This document shows positions 47,510-55,970 of a DNA stretch of 64,000 bases, piece after piece. Numbering within the stretch: position 1 is the first letter of the stretch; the number at the start of each line of letters is the position of its first letter. The position numbers and the translations under genes are program-made. The DNA comes from an uncultured Verrucomicrobiae bacterium (GTDB taxonomy: Bacteria > Verrucomicrobiota > Verrucomicrobiia > Chthoniobacterales > JAFAMB01), in NCBI GenBank assembly GCA_963793135.1, contig CAWBYX010000033.1, positions 33,708-97,707 of the forward strand. The letters are read 5' to 3'. The notes beneath the pieces were generated by a model. It searched no databases and had not been told where the DNA came from. It worked only from the letters and a program-made list of their open reading frames with translations.

Positions 47510-48079
47510 ATGCAAAACACGTTGTCACCTTTGGTCGCATACAAAAGAGGCCGGTCCCTCGAATCATCGAACTGGTACATGGGCAGTCTGCTGACATTTC
47601 TCGTAGAGAGTAAGGATACCGGTGGAACCTTCACTCTGATTGAGGGGCTCTTAACGCCCGGCAACGAGCCGCCTCCACATGTGCACGGGCGCGAGGACGA
47701 GCTGTTTTACATTCTCGAGGGCGAGATGGACATGTATGTTGGAAACGAAGTTCTCAAGGCAGGTGCGGGAGAGTGCTTGTTTCTCCCTAGACTTCAGCCG
47801 CACACTTTCATTCTCAGGTCTCCTCGGCTCCGAACTCTTGTCCTGTTCATGCCCGGTGGACTCGAGGAGTGCTTTCGCGCGAGGAGTTCGCGCGCCGAGA
47901 AACTCGAGTTGCCATCTGTGGCTGCTACCTATTCAACTTCCGATCTCGAACCCATAATCCGGGCATTTGAAGAGTACGGCGCGCGATTCCTGTCTCCACA
48001 TGAGGTAATGGAGCAGATGCCGTTGTACTTTGCAGCGATCAGTGAGGCAAACTCTTTGCCTCAATCGCGGAGTAATTAG
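47510..48079 (+). CDS. Cupin-domain protein
   Basis: 189 aa. PPHVHGREDELFYILEGEM, a cupin motif 1-like block. Confidence 0.6.
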   Translation: MQNTLSPLVAYKRGRSLESSNWYMGSLLTFLVESKDTGGTFTLIEGLLTPGNEPPPHVHGREDELFYILEGEMDMYVGNEVLKAGAGECLFLPRLQPHTFILRSPRLRTLVLFMPGGLEECFRARSSRAEKLELPSVAATYSTSDLEPIIRAFEEYGARFLSPHEVMEQMPLYFAAISEANSLPQSRSN

Positions 48080-48290
48080 AGGATTGGAGAAGACCGCTCA
48101 ATGGGATCAAGCGCTTACTGTGCGTTTCATTGTTTGTGGCGACTGTCCGAATGCCCGGATAAACGAATGCCGCCGCTGCGCTCAGGTCCAATCCGCTTCT
48201 TCCCGGAGGATTCCTCGTCAGCGGCCTTGTCTACGACGTTGGCACCGGACGGACAGAGCTTGTTGTGCCCCCCGCTTTGTTGAGGCCTGA

Positions 48291-49130
48291 ATGATCACGA
48301 CACTCTTTCTCGGATTTGTGGCGCTGATGACAGCGATCGTCGTCCTACTGAGCGCTCGCTACCGCAGCGGTCGATTCGCCTTGGGGGTATTAGCTGCTCT
48401 GTGTGCGTGGTTCATCTATGTCGGTGTTCTGGGATATCTCGGCGTGATTGCAAATACGGCCAAGTTCCCTCCGGGGATTACCCTGATCTTTGTTCAGGTG
48501 GTGGTATTTTTCGTCATCTTTATCGTTCGAGTAGGATCCTCCGCCGGAGCACGCCTGGCACTGGCTTTTCCCCTTTGGGTTCTCATCGGCACGCAAGCTT
48601 TTCGCATCGGAGTCGAACTGTTCATCCATCAGCTTTGGATTGATGGCCTCGTCCCAAAGATGCTGACTTTCGCAGGGGCAAATGTGGAGATCTACATCGG
48701 GGCATCCGCGCTCGTGATCGCTTGGCTATCCATGCGCGGCTGGTGGGGTCAAAGGCTCGCGCTGCTCTGGAACATACTGGGGCTGCTTTCGCTGGCCAAC
48801 GTTGTGATTCGCGCGGTGTTGACGGCTCCGGGTCCATTTAACCTGATCCACGCGGAAGTTCCCAACCGGATGATCGGCACGTTTCCAATCATGTTTATCC
48901 CGGGGTTTTTCGTTCCTTTGGCGGTGGTGCTGCACGTTCTGGCTATCCGGTCGATCGTCAGCCACGGGAGAACGGCTCAGGCACCTCCTTCGAGCACGAG
49001 CACGATTAGGGACGAAGGACTGAGGAAGGGTGAGGCTCCGCCCGAACCGGGGCTTTCGGCGTCGCCTCGGCATATGGCGGCACCCCCCATGATCAGTCGT
49101 TTGCCTCGAACACATATTCACCCCCATTGA
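48291..49130 (+). CDS. Polytopic membrane protein of unknown function, with a repeat-encoded C-terminus
   Basis: 279 aa, about 6 TM helices. The last approximately 35 aa (GEAPPEPGLSASPRHMAAPPMISRLPRTH) are encoded by repeat copy 49028-49115. Confidence 0.5.
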   Translation: MITTLFLGFVALMTAIVVLLSARYRSGRFALGVLAALCAWFIYVGVLGYLGVIANTAKFPPGITLIFVQVVVFFVIFIVRVGSSAGARLALAFPLWVLIGTQAFRIGVELFIHQLWIDGLVPKMLTFAGANVEIYIGASALVIAWLSMRGWWGQRLALLWNILGLLSLANVVIRAVLTAPGPFNLIHAEVPNRMIGTFPIMFIPGFFVPLAVVLHVLAIRSIVSHGRTAQAPPSSTSTIRDEGLRKGEAPPEPGLSASPRHMAAPPMISRLPRTHIHPH

Positions 49131-49390
49131 CATCATAAAACAGAAAATACGCAGGTAGGGCGAAGCTCCGCCTGAGCCGGGGCTTTCCGCGTCGCCTCGG
49201 CATATCGTTGCACCCCCCGATGATCAGCCGTTTGCCTCGAACATGAAGGGGCACGACCATTGCCGTCGTAAGAAAATGCGCGGCGCTTTTGCTTGGATGG
49301 ATGTTGTGATCCGAAAATTTGTGAGGGATGACGTTTTTGGGCGGAGTCATGCGGGAAACCCCGGCTCAGGCGGAGCTTCGCCCTACCTGC
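49028..49390. mobile_element. MITE-like composite: two direct copies of an approximately 88-nt repeat, plus an inverted copy that forms 32-bp perfect terminal inverted repeats
   Basis: The direct copies at 49028-49115 and 49158-49245 are well matched by eye. 49151-49182 (gcaggtagggcgaagctccgcctgagccgggg) is the exact reverse complement of 49359-49390. There is no transposase within. Confidence 0.7.
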
Positions 49391-49486
49391 GCCGGGGCTC
49401 TTTTTCGACGATCAGACAAGCGTGATCTTAACGTCGATGTTGCCGAAAGATATGCGACAGTCTTAATTTCCGTTCCTAATCAACAG

Positions 49487-50221
49487 ATGACCAAACCGAT
49501 CATTTACCAACTTGCCTATAGTCCCTACTGTATACCAATCACGCAGGCGTTAACCGCCGTTGGGCAAGAGTTTGAAATTCGTGAGGTTCCGAACTGGGAC
49601 CGCGGCGAAATCCTAAAGCTGACGAATGGCTCGTATTATCAGGTGCCGGTGATTCAGTTCGAAGACCAAATCGTTTACGAGAGTGGAACTGATACGCTCG
49701 ATGTTGCCCGATTTGTTGATGAAGAGTTTGGCCAAAACAAACTGTTTCCAAAGAGATTTCAAGGCCTGCAGCAGATCATCGTTCCTTACATCGAAAACGA
49801 CGTAGAGGGCACAACGTTCAAGATCCTTGATTCCTATTATTTGATGACATTTGAGGATGTGCACTCTCGCGGAATGATGATCCGACACAAGGAACGCAAA
49901 TTCGGACGGGGCTGCGTCGAAGAATGGATTCGTTCACGACCTCAACTACTGGAGAAGGCAGTCCAGCTTCTGCGCCCATTCGAGCTGATGCTTGCTCATG
50001 CCCCATTCCTGCTGGGAGACATACCGGTCTATGTTGATTTCGCGTTATTCGGTATTTTAGAGAACCTGGTGTACGGAGACTGGGTCAAGATTCCAAAGGA
50101 GTTAATTCGAATAAAGGAATGGCGAGAAACGCTGCGCAGATTTCGGTATACGACGCTAACAGAACGGAATATTTCTGCTAAAACTACCGGAGGCAGACGG
50201 AAAGTTAGTTCTGTTCAATAG
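49487..50221 (+). CDS. Glutathione S-transferase/glutaredoxin-2-like protein
   Basis: Start at MTKPIIYQLAYSPYCIPI, a thioredoxin-like N-domain with YYQVPVIQF. The 53-codon upstream extension overlaps the repeat and is rejected. Confidence 0.55.
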   Translation: MTKPIIYQLAYSPYCIPITQALTAVGQEFEIREVPNWDRGEILKLTNGSYYQVPVIQFEDQIVYESGTDTLDVARFVDEEFGQNKLFPKRFQGLQQIIVPYIENDVEGTTFKILDSYYLMTFEDVHSRGMMIRHKERKFGRGCVEEWIRSRPQLLEKAVQLLRPFELMLAHAPFLLGDIPVYVDFALFGILENLVYGDWVKIPKELIRIKEWRETLRRFRYTTLTERNISAKTTGGRRKVSSVQ

Positions 50222-50343
50222 GCTCTCCAGGTCGACTGCCTTTAGGTTTAGAAGCCGCATTCTCGTAGTCTTAAAAGTCATCTGACCAGGAGGCTGGCAG
50301 ACGAATCTCGCACCTATCGTTGTGAGAAACAGAGTGAATAGGG

Positions 50344-50833
50344 TGCGCAATTGAGACGTGCTCCGGTGGACTCCACTGCCGCGTTGTTAGTTAGTTAGTG
50401 CGTCCCATCTGTCGCCCCTTCAGCTTCAGGGCGCATCGCTCTGAGCGGTTCCCAGGGTTTCAACCCTGGGACACTCAAAATAACAAGTTCGCCCTGAAGC
50501 GCTTGGGGCGAGAGGCTGACCTGATAAAGCTTGCACCTATTACTGCGCGAAAATCAAAATGCGCAATCGAGACGTGCTACAATTAGATTCTGCTTTCACG
50601 TTGTTAGTACGTTGTGTCTCCCGCCCCTTCAGGGCGCATCGCTCTGGGTGGCGGTTCCCAGGGTTGAAACCCTGGGCTGAGTCCTGTGGCCACCTTCGGG
50701 GCAAAGACTGCCCGATCTGACTTTCTGTAAATGTCCAAACTACAGTCCCAGGGTTGAAACCCTGGGCTGAGTCCTACAGCCCCTTTGGGGCAAATATTCC
50801 CCGGCGTGACCTTCTGCAAATGTCCAAACTGCA
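50344..50833. repeat. Composite tandem repeat block upstream of recA containing three CCCAGGGTT(G/T)(A/C)AACCCTGGG hairpins
   Basis: Unit A (tgcgcaatYgagacgtgct...cgccccttcag...ggcgcatcgctctg...ggttcccagggtt) starts at 50344 and 50559, a period of about 215 nt. Unit B (tcccagggttgaaaccctgggctgagtcct...aaatgtccaaact.cag) starts at 50656 and 50746, a period of 90 nt. Hairpins lie at 50451-50470, 50657-50676 and 50747-50766. Confidence 0.85.
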
Positions 50834-51081
50834 GAGGTCACTAAAGTGACCAGGCCAGGATGTGCCGTCCTCTTTCGAATGCCGTTGGGACCGCTCTCGG
50901 CGACTTTTTCTCCGACCATTCGAGGTTGGGTTACCAAGGTCGGCGATCGTATTGCCACTATGTTGGCTCTCCTCGCCGCCGCCTACTTCCGTACCGGCTT
51001 CGACGCTCCAGCCCGATGCTTTGAGGCGAAAGTTTTTTCTCATTTGTTTTCCGTACCTTCCTCGCTCATCATGACGGAATC

Positions 51082-52128
51082 ATGGCAGCCAAAAACCCCG
51101 AGGTGAGTTCTCCCGATCCTGCGTACGCCGCGCGTAAGAAAAACCTGGATCTGGCCCTCCAACAGATCGCTAAAGATTATGGCGAAGGCGCCATCATGCG
51201 ACTTGGGGACGATCATATCCTGCCCGTGGAAGTGATCCCGACCGGCAACATCCTGATTGATCGCGCTCTGGGTGTCGGCGGATTCCCTCGGGGCCGGGTA
51301 ATCGAAATTTTTGGACCGGAATCCTCGGGCAAAACAACATTAACCTTGACCGTTATTGCCCAAGCACAAAAGCGTGGCGGTTTGGCCGGGTTCATCGATG
51401 TCGAGCATGCGCTCGACCCGCAATATGCGAGACGCCTTGGAGTCAATCTGGATGACCTGCTGGTTTCTCAACCGAGTTCCGGTGAAGAAGCACTCCGGAT
51501 CTGTGAAACTTTGATTCGCTCCAATGCGCTGGATGTTGTGGTCATTGATTCTGTTGCGGCATTGGTCACCAAAGCAGAACTGGAGGGCGAAATTGGTGAC
51601 GCCACCATGGGAGCGCAAGCCCGCCTGATGAGCGCCGCACTCCGGAAACTGACTGCTCTGATTTCCAAAGCACGAACCACCTGTATTTTCACGAATCAGA
51701 TCCGGGAGAAAATTGGCGTGATGTTCGGTAATCCGGAAACTACGCCTGGCGGGAAAGCCTTGAAGTTTTACGCCAGCGTCCGAATCGACATACGTCGCAT
51801 TAGCGCGATCAAACAGACCGATGGAACGGTAGTCGGCAACCGGACGAAAGTAAAGGTGGTTAAAAACAAGGTCGCTCCACCATTCACGGAAGCGGAATTT
51901 GATATCATGTACAATGAAGGGATCTCGAATGTGGGAGCCCTCCTCGATCTTGCCCTGGAGAAAAACATTCTTGAGAAACGCGGCTCGTGGATCTCCTATA
52001 AAGGACAGCAATTGGCCCAGGGTAGAGACGCAGCAAAGGAAGCCCTGCGAGCCGATCAATCGGTGTACGACGAGATCGAAGTTGCCGTGAAAGCAGCTCT
52101 TGATGAAGAGGCGGCAAAGCACAAATAA
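51082..52128 (+). CDS. recA: Recombinase RecA
   Basis: 348 aa. [24 protein letters not shown], the L2 loop region. Confidence 0.97.
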   Translation: MAAKNPEVSSPDPAYAARKKNLDLALQQIAKDYGEGAIMRLGDDHILPVEVIPTGNILIDRALGVGGFPRGRVIEIFGPESSGKTTLTLTVIAQAQKRGGLAGFIDVEHALDPQYARRLGVNLDDLLVSQPSSGEEALRICETLIRSNALDVVVIDSVAALVTKAELEGEIGDATMGAQARLMSAALRKLTALISKARTTCIFTNQIREKIGVMFGNPETTPGGKALKFYASVRIDIRRISAIKQTDGTVVGNRTKVKVVKNKVAPPFTEAEFDIMYNEGISNVGALLDLALEKNILEKRGSWISYKGQQLAQGRDAAKEALRADQSVYDEIEVAVKAALDEEAAKHK

Positions 52129-52206
52129 GAAGCAGCCCTGCGAGCGCCAACTTGCGTGGTTGTGTTGCGATCCGTTCGTGGGCACTTTGTCGCCGTGAAT
52201 GATTCG

Positions 52207-53226
52207 ATGCGTTTTGTAGTTGCTGGTCTCGGCTGGTGGGGGCGCTCGTGGATCGATGTTCTGAAGATCCATCCGAAAGTTCAGCTCGTAGCGACGGTCG
52301 ACCCCTCAGCCGAAGCACGAGAGTGGAGCCGGGAGAATCTGGCCGTGGAACACTTTTCTGATTTAGACAGCGCTTTGGATGAAATCAACGCCGACGCCGT
52401 TCTTGTCACGACACCCCCAAGGCTGCACTCGCCCGTTTTGATCAATGCACTTGCGCGTGGAAAACATGTGCTCGTCGAAAAGCCGCTGGCAGTGTCGTCC
52501 GAAGACGCCGCTCAAATTGCCAAAGCCATTGCAAAGACCGATGCCAAGGTGATGGTCGGTCAGGGCTATCGATTTATGGATAGTGCCACCATACTTCGCC
52601 AAGCTTTCCAAAGCGGAACCATCGGTGAGCTTCGAGCAATTCGCATCCTCTTTCGCCAGTATATCCCCGACATCCTGGCACTAGATCATCCGTTGTATCA
52701 GCTGCAGCACTCAATCCTGATCGACATGGCTAATCACCATTTCGATCTGATCCGCTTTTTGACCCGGCAGGAATTTTCGAAAGTGATTGCCTTCGAGTAC
52801 GAAACTCCTGACAACGCGTTTCGCTACCCGTCGAGCGCTCTTTGTCTCTTGACTTTGGACAGTGGTGTCTCGGTTTTATGGGACGGGGATTGGTGTCATC
52901 AACAGCCGAGGACATCCTGGGAAGGAGATTGGGAATTGGTTGGCTCGGAGGCCAGAATGTTCTGGCGAGGAGAGCCTGACAAAGAGAGAAAGAACTTGTA
53001 TCACCCGGTAATATTCGTCGAGCGCTCTGGAGGCACCCGGGAGAAGATTCCGTTTCAAGAATCCATCGGAGACCGGCGGGTGCCCGTCCTGGATCATTTC
53101 ATTGAATCGATTGCGCATGGTAGACAGCCCGAGCCCGGTGTAGAAGACAACTTGAAGATGCTCCGAGCTGTTTTCGGTTGCATCGAGTCTGCGACCGTTG
53201 GTGGTGAAATCGATCTAAACGCCTGA
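52207..53226 (+). CDS. Gfo/Idh/MocA-family NAD(P)-dependent oxidoreductase
   Basis: Start at MRFVVAGLGWWG. Rossmann N-domain and EKPLA motif. Confidence 0.8.
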   Translation: MRFVVAGLGWWGRSWIDVLKIHPKVQLVATVDPSAEAREWSRENLAVEHFSDLDSALDEINADAVLVTTPPRLHSPVLINALARGKHVLVEKPLAVSSEDAAQIAKAIAKTDAKVMVGQGYRFMDSATILRQAFQSGTIGELRAIRILFRQYIPDILALDHPLYQLQHSILIDMANHHFDLIRFLTRQEFSKVIAFEYETPDNAFRYPSSALCLLTLDSGVSVLWDGDWCHQQPRTSWEGDWELVGSEARMFWRGEPDKERKNLYHPVIFVERSGGTREKIPFQESIGDRRVPVLDHFIESIAHGRQPEPGVEDNLKMLRAVFGCIESATVGGEIDLNA

Positions 53227-53387
53227 CGTGAAAATGAGGGCAGGGCTATTTTTCAGGTGAGAGTAGTCTATCGAACACTGTTTCGCGTAGGAACAGCGTG
53301 ACCCGCCTCGATGCTGGAAGTCACCATGCAAAAACAGGGTTGCGCCTTCCTTTCTTTGGTCTTAGATAACTTCTCTTCTGATCCAAC

Positions 53388-53462
<75 letters not shown>

Positions 53463-53531
53463 GCCGCGGCGGAATATCGTGGTTGACTGGAAACGACCGA
53501 TTCTTCGGATCACGTCGCAGTCGAGAACGAC

Positions 53532-53568
53532 GCGGGAAGCCCCGGTTCAGGCGGAGCTTCACCCTACC
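53532..53568. repeat. Solo copy of the MITE terminal sequence (gcgggaagccccggttcaggcggagcttcaccctacc)
   Basis: Near-identical to 49351-49390. Lies 70 nt downstream of tRNA-Val. Confidence 0.75.
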
Positions 53569-53754
53569 TTATCTTCTACTGACCAGAGGTTTTCTGGCTC
53601 ATTTTAGGGCTCGAGGGCGCCGAAGGTGGAGGCGTGTTGTGCTCAGCGCAACTTGACAGAAAGGCAAATACTCCAAGGAGAACTGGAAGCACGAATTTAG
53701 AAATGTCCTGTTTGGCATCAATCACGGTATGAACGCTTCCGTCTGACTCGACAA

Positions 53755-54603
53755 TTAAAAAGGATTGGACTTCACCGCAAATTCGTCAGCGAGGTACTGC
53801 TCCGCTTCGGTCAGATCGAACTGATCAATCAGGTAATATTTCCGGACGCTATCTTGTTGGAGTTCGCCGATTAAAAGCGGGTCTAAGACCCGGGGGCTTG
53901 GATCCGGGAGGAGTACGCTTTTCCAGCGGTGCTGCTGCTCTACGATGAGGTAAAGCTTGTCGAAGTGCTCTTTGGCCGCACGCGCCTTTTCCCGGGTTTC
54001 TTTTGGCAGAATACCGTTGAATTCTGCGGTCATGACCAGTTTCTTCCACGGACAAACCTGGTTAAGCACAAGGAGACCCAGCAAGTATATAAAAAATGCG
54101 CCAAGCACCCATCCTCCCACCAGGACAAAGGGTACCGCCTCCCTTACCATGGTGATCGAATGAGAGAGGAGCAAAATCAATACCGGGAATGTCCCCAGGA
54201 CCAGGGAAAGTCTCGCTAGCACCCCTTCGGATTTCATTCTACGATCGTTGATCTTTTTGATGAATGCCTGGGTCAACTGAAAAGGGAGGTGAGCGGGAAG
54301 GCGATCAGGATCCGCTGCGGGGAGCGCATCTATCGTGACCTCGAAAGTTAATTGGTGGCTTCCTTCCAGATCGAAGACGGCGAAAACCGGTAGTTCGGCC
54401 CCGGTGGCTTCGTCTCGATAGGTCTGTTCAAGACCGCGGGGATCGAATTCTTGAAGGTGGAGAAGCGGTTTTCGGGCTGTCGCAAGGAGCGTTTTACCTT
54501 CCTCGCACTCTTCCTCTAAGGGAAAGAGATGATCGGTTCTTTTGCCAGTGAAGCTGCCGGGCCGGCAATAATTCTGCCGGAGCAGGTTGAGATTCTCGCT
54601 CAT
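53755..54603 (-). CDS. Hypothetical 2-TM membrane protein
   Basis: 282 aa. Two central hydrophobic helices (LSLVLGTFPVLILLL; FVLVGGWVLGAFFIYLLGLLVL) between soluble N- and C-domains. No recognisable family. Confidence 0.5.
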   Translation of the reverse strand: MSENLNLLRQNYCRPGSFTGKRTDHLFPLEEECEEGKTLLATARKPLLHLQEFDPRGLEQTYRDEATGAELPVFAVFDLEGSHQLTFEVTIDALPAADPDRLPAHLPFQLTQAFIKKINDRRMKSEGVLARLSLVLGTFPVLILLLSHSITMVREAVPFVLVGGWVLGAFFIYLLGLLVLNQVCPWKKLVMTAEFNGILPKETREKARAAKEHFDKLYLIVEQQHRWKSVLLPDPSPRVLDPLLIGELQQDSVRKYYLIDQFDLTEAEQYLADEFAVKSNPF

Positions 54604-54904
54604 AGGGTCTCCTGCAAAAATTGCTTTTGTCGTTCTTTTTACATCCTTGCAAGGTTTCTAAAAAGGGAGATTTTTTCCGATCCTGGAGGCTCGCCGATAT
54701 TTGGGGAAAACGCAAATCGATCAGTGGAAACTTTTTGGCCCGCAACCGTCGTGAGAGCGGCTCGCTGCTGGATATTTGCGATGCCCCAGTCGCCCGCGTC
54801 AGTGCGAGGCTCTGAGTAGAAGTAGGACCTTGGGAGTTCCAGCTGGTTGTCTGGTTCCATCAAGCCGATATTAAACGAATCATAGCACTCAAGGGAATGA
54901 TCTT

Positions 54905-55366
54905 ATGCGCCGAGCTTATGCCTTACTTTTTGCTTTTTTTCTCGTCACACTTTCGACACTCCACGCCGAGAGAATCGATCATCGAAATTTTGCGATCGAC
55001 ACCTGTTTCCCGTCCCAAAATGCAATTCAACTGGCTGAAGGACGAACAAGGGCCTACTGGGCGAAGCACGCCTCCCGCTTCGGTGCGGAGCCGAGGTTTT
55101 TGGCCGTCGAGACTTCGAAAGTTTTCCCAAGCGAGGTCCAAGATCTCTGGCCAAAATTGATCAACTCCGAGACGACAGCCAGTTTCTTCGCCCATGGACT
55201 TAAAAATAACAGCTATAGCAACTTACAGCTTCTTGGGGTCATGATCTTTGACACCCAAACGGGACGCTTCGTCAGCAATCAGGGCTACATCTCAGTTGAC
55301 ACTCCGCCTCGCGGCGGTGTCGCCCGATTCGGGCCCTATATCGCGCGGTATATCGGCTGGGGATGA
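54905..55366 (+). CDS. Hypothetical secreted protein
   Basis: 153 aa. Signal peptide MRRAYALLFAFFLVTLSTLHA. No recognisable family. Confidence 0.5.
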   Translation: MRRAYALLFAFFLVTLSTLHAERIDHRNFAIDTCFPSQNAIQLAEGRTRAYWAKHASRFGAEPRFLAVETSKVFPSEVQDLWPKLINSETTASFFAHGLKNNSYSNLQLLGVMIFDTQTGRFVSNQGYISVDTPPRGGVARFGPYIARYIGWG

Positions 55367-55493
55367 TCCCGGTTCTTTCGTTGACTCTGGGCCGTGATTT
55401 TCCTCTCGAAGCGATTTTGGCAGAGGTGTGCGATCAGTTCAGGGGCGGATCACATGAATTAGAGCTGCCGGCAAAGCGCGCCAACGAAGTGAG

Positions 55494-55946
55494 TCAACTT
55501 CCAGTGCTGGTTTCCGGTTCCTGCTCGATCGATTTCCGGGCATTGCGGGCTAGGACATGTTTCAAGAATGGACGTTTATAGTTTTCAAAGACAGCGGTGA
55601 TAATCGCGGCGTCATCGCTATAACCTGATCGCGGGATAGAATCCGGGATAAGGTCATTTGCTTTTCGCACGTAAAACAAGGCAAAAGCGGACTCCGCAAT
55701 CGCAGTAAACGGAATCGATCGGTTCAGACCGGCATGAAAATCTTCGATGATCTCGGCGAGAAACTCGACCTGATCCGGAAGATCAGGGAAATCCGTGACC
55801 TGATTGACAGCCAGTCGAATCTTTGGCAGCAAGCGAATCAGCTTGTCTAGATGCACCGGCGTGATTCGACGGGCGCCGTCAGTGATAAATTCCTGCAGTT
55901 CCTGGTTCATTTCGCAAGAAACGGAGCCTAACATCATCACCCGCAC
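55494..55946 (-). CDS. DUF1232 (YkvA-like) domain protein
   Basis: 150 aa. DLIPDSIPRSGYSDDAAIITAV resembles the DUF1232 core motif. Confidence 0.5.
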   Translation of the reverse strand: MRVMMLGSVSCEMNQELQEFITDGARRITPVHLDKLIRLLPKIRLAVNQVTDFPDLPDQVEFLAEIIEDFHAGLNRSIPFTAIAESAFALFYVRKANDLIPDSIPRSGYSDDAAIITAVFENYKRPFLKHVLARNARKSIEQEPETSTGS

Positions 55947-55970
55947 AAAAGGAAGCGCCGAGAAAAGCGC

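Noticed and set aside
50834-51081. Search for a LexA/SOS box upstream of recA (also upstream of uvrD, the SRAP gene and recG)
   Set aside because: No TGTTC-N4-GAACA, CTGT-N8-ACAG or GAAC-N4-GTTC type palindrome was found by eye, so no operator is reported.
51340-52272. 310-aa ORF on the minus strand
   Set aside because: It lies entirely antisense to recA, whose identity is unambiguous. It has no recognisable motifs.
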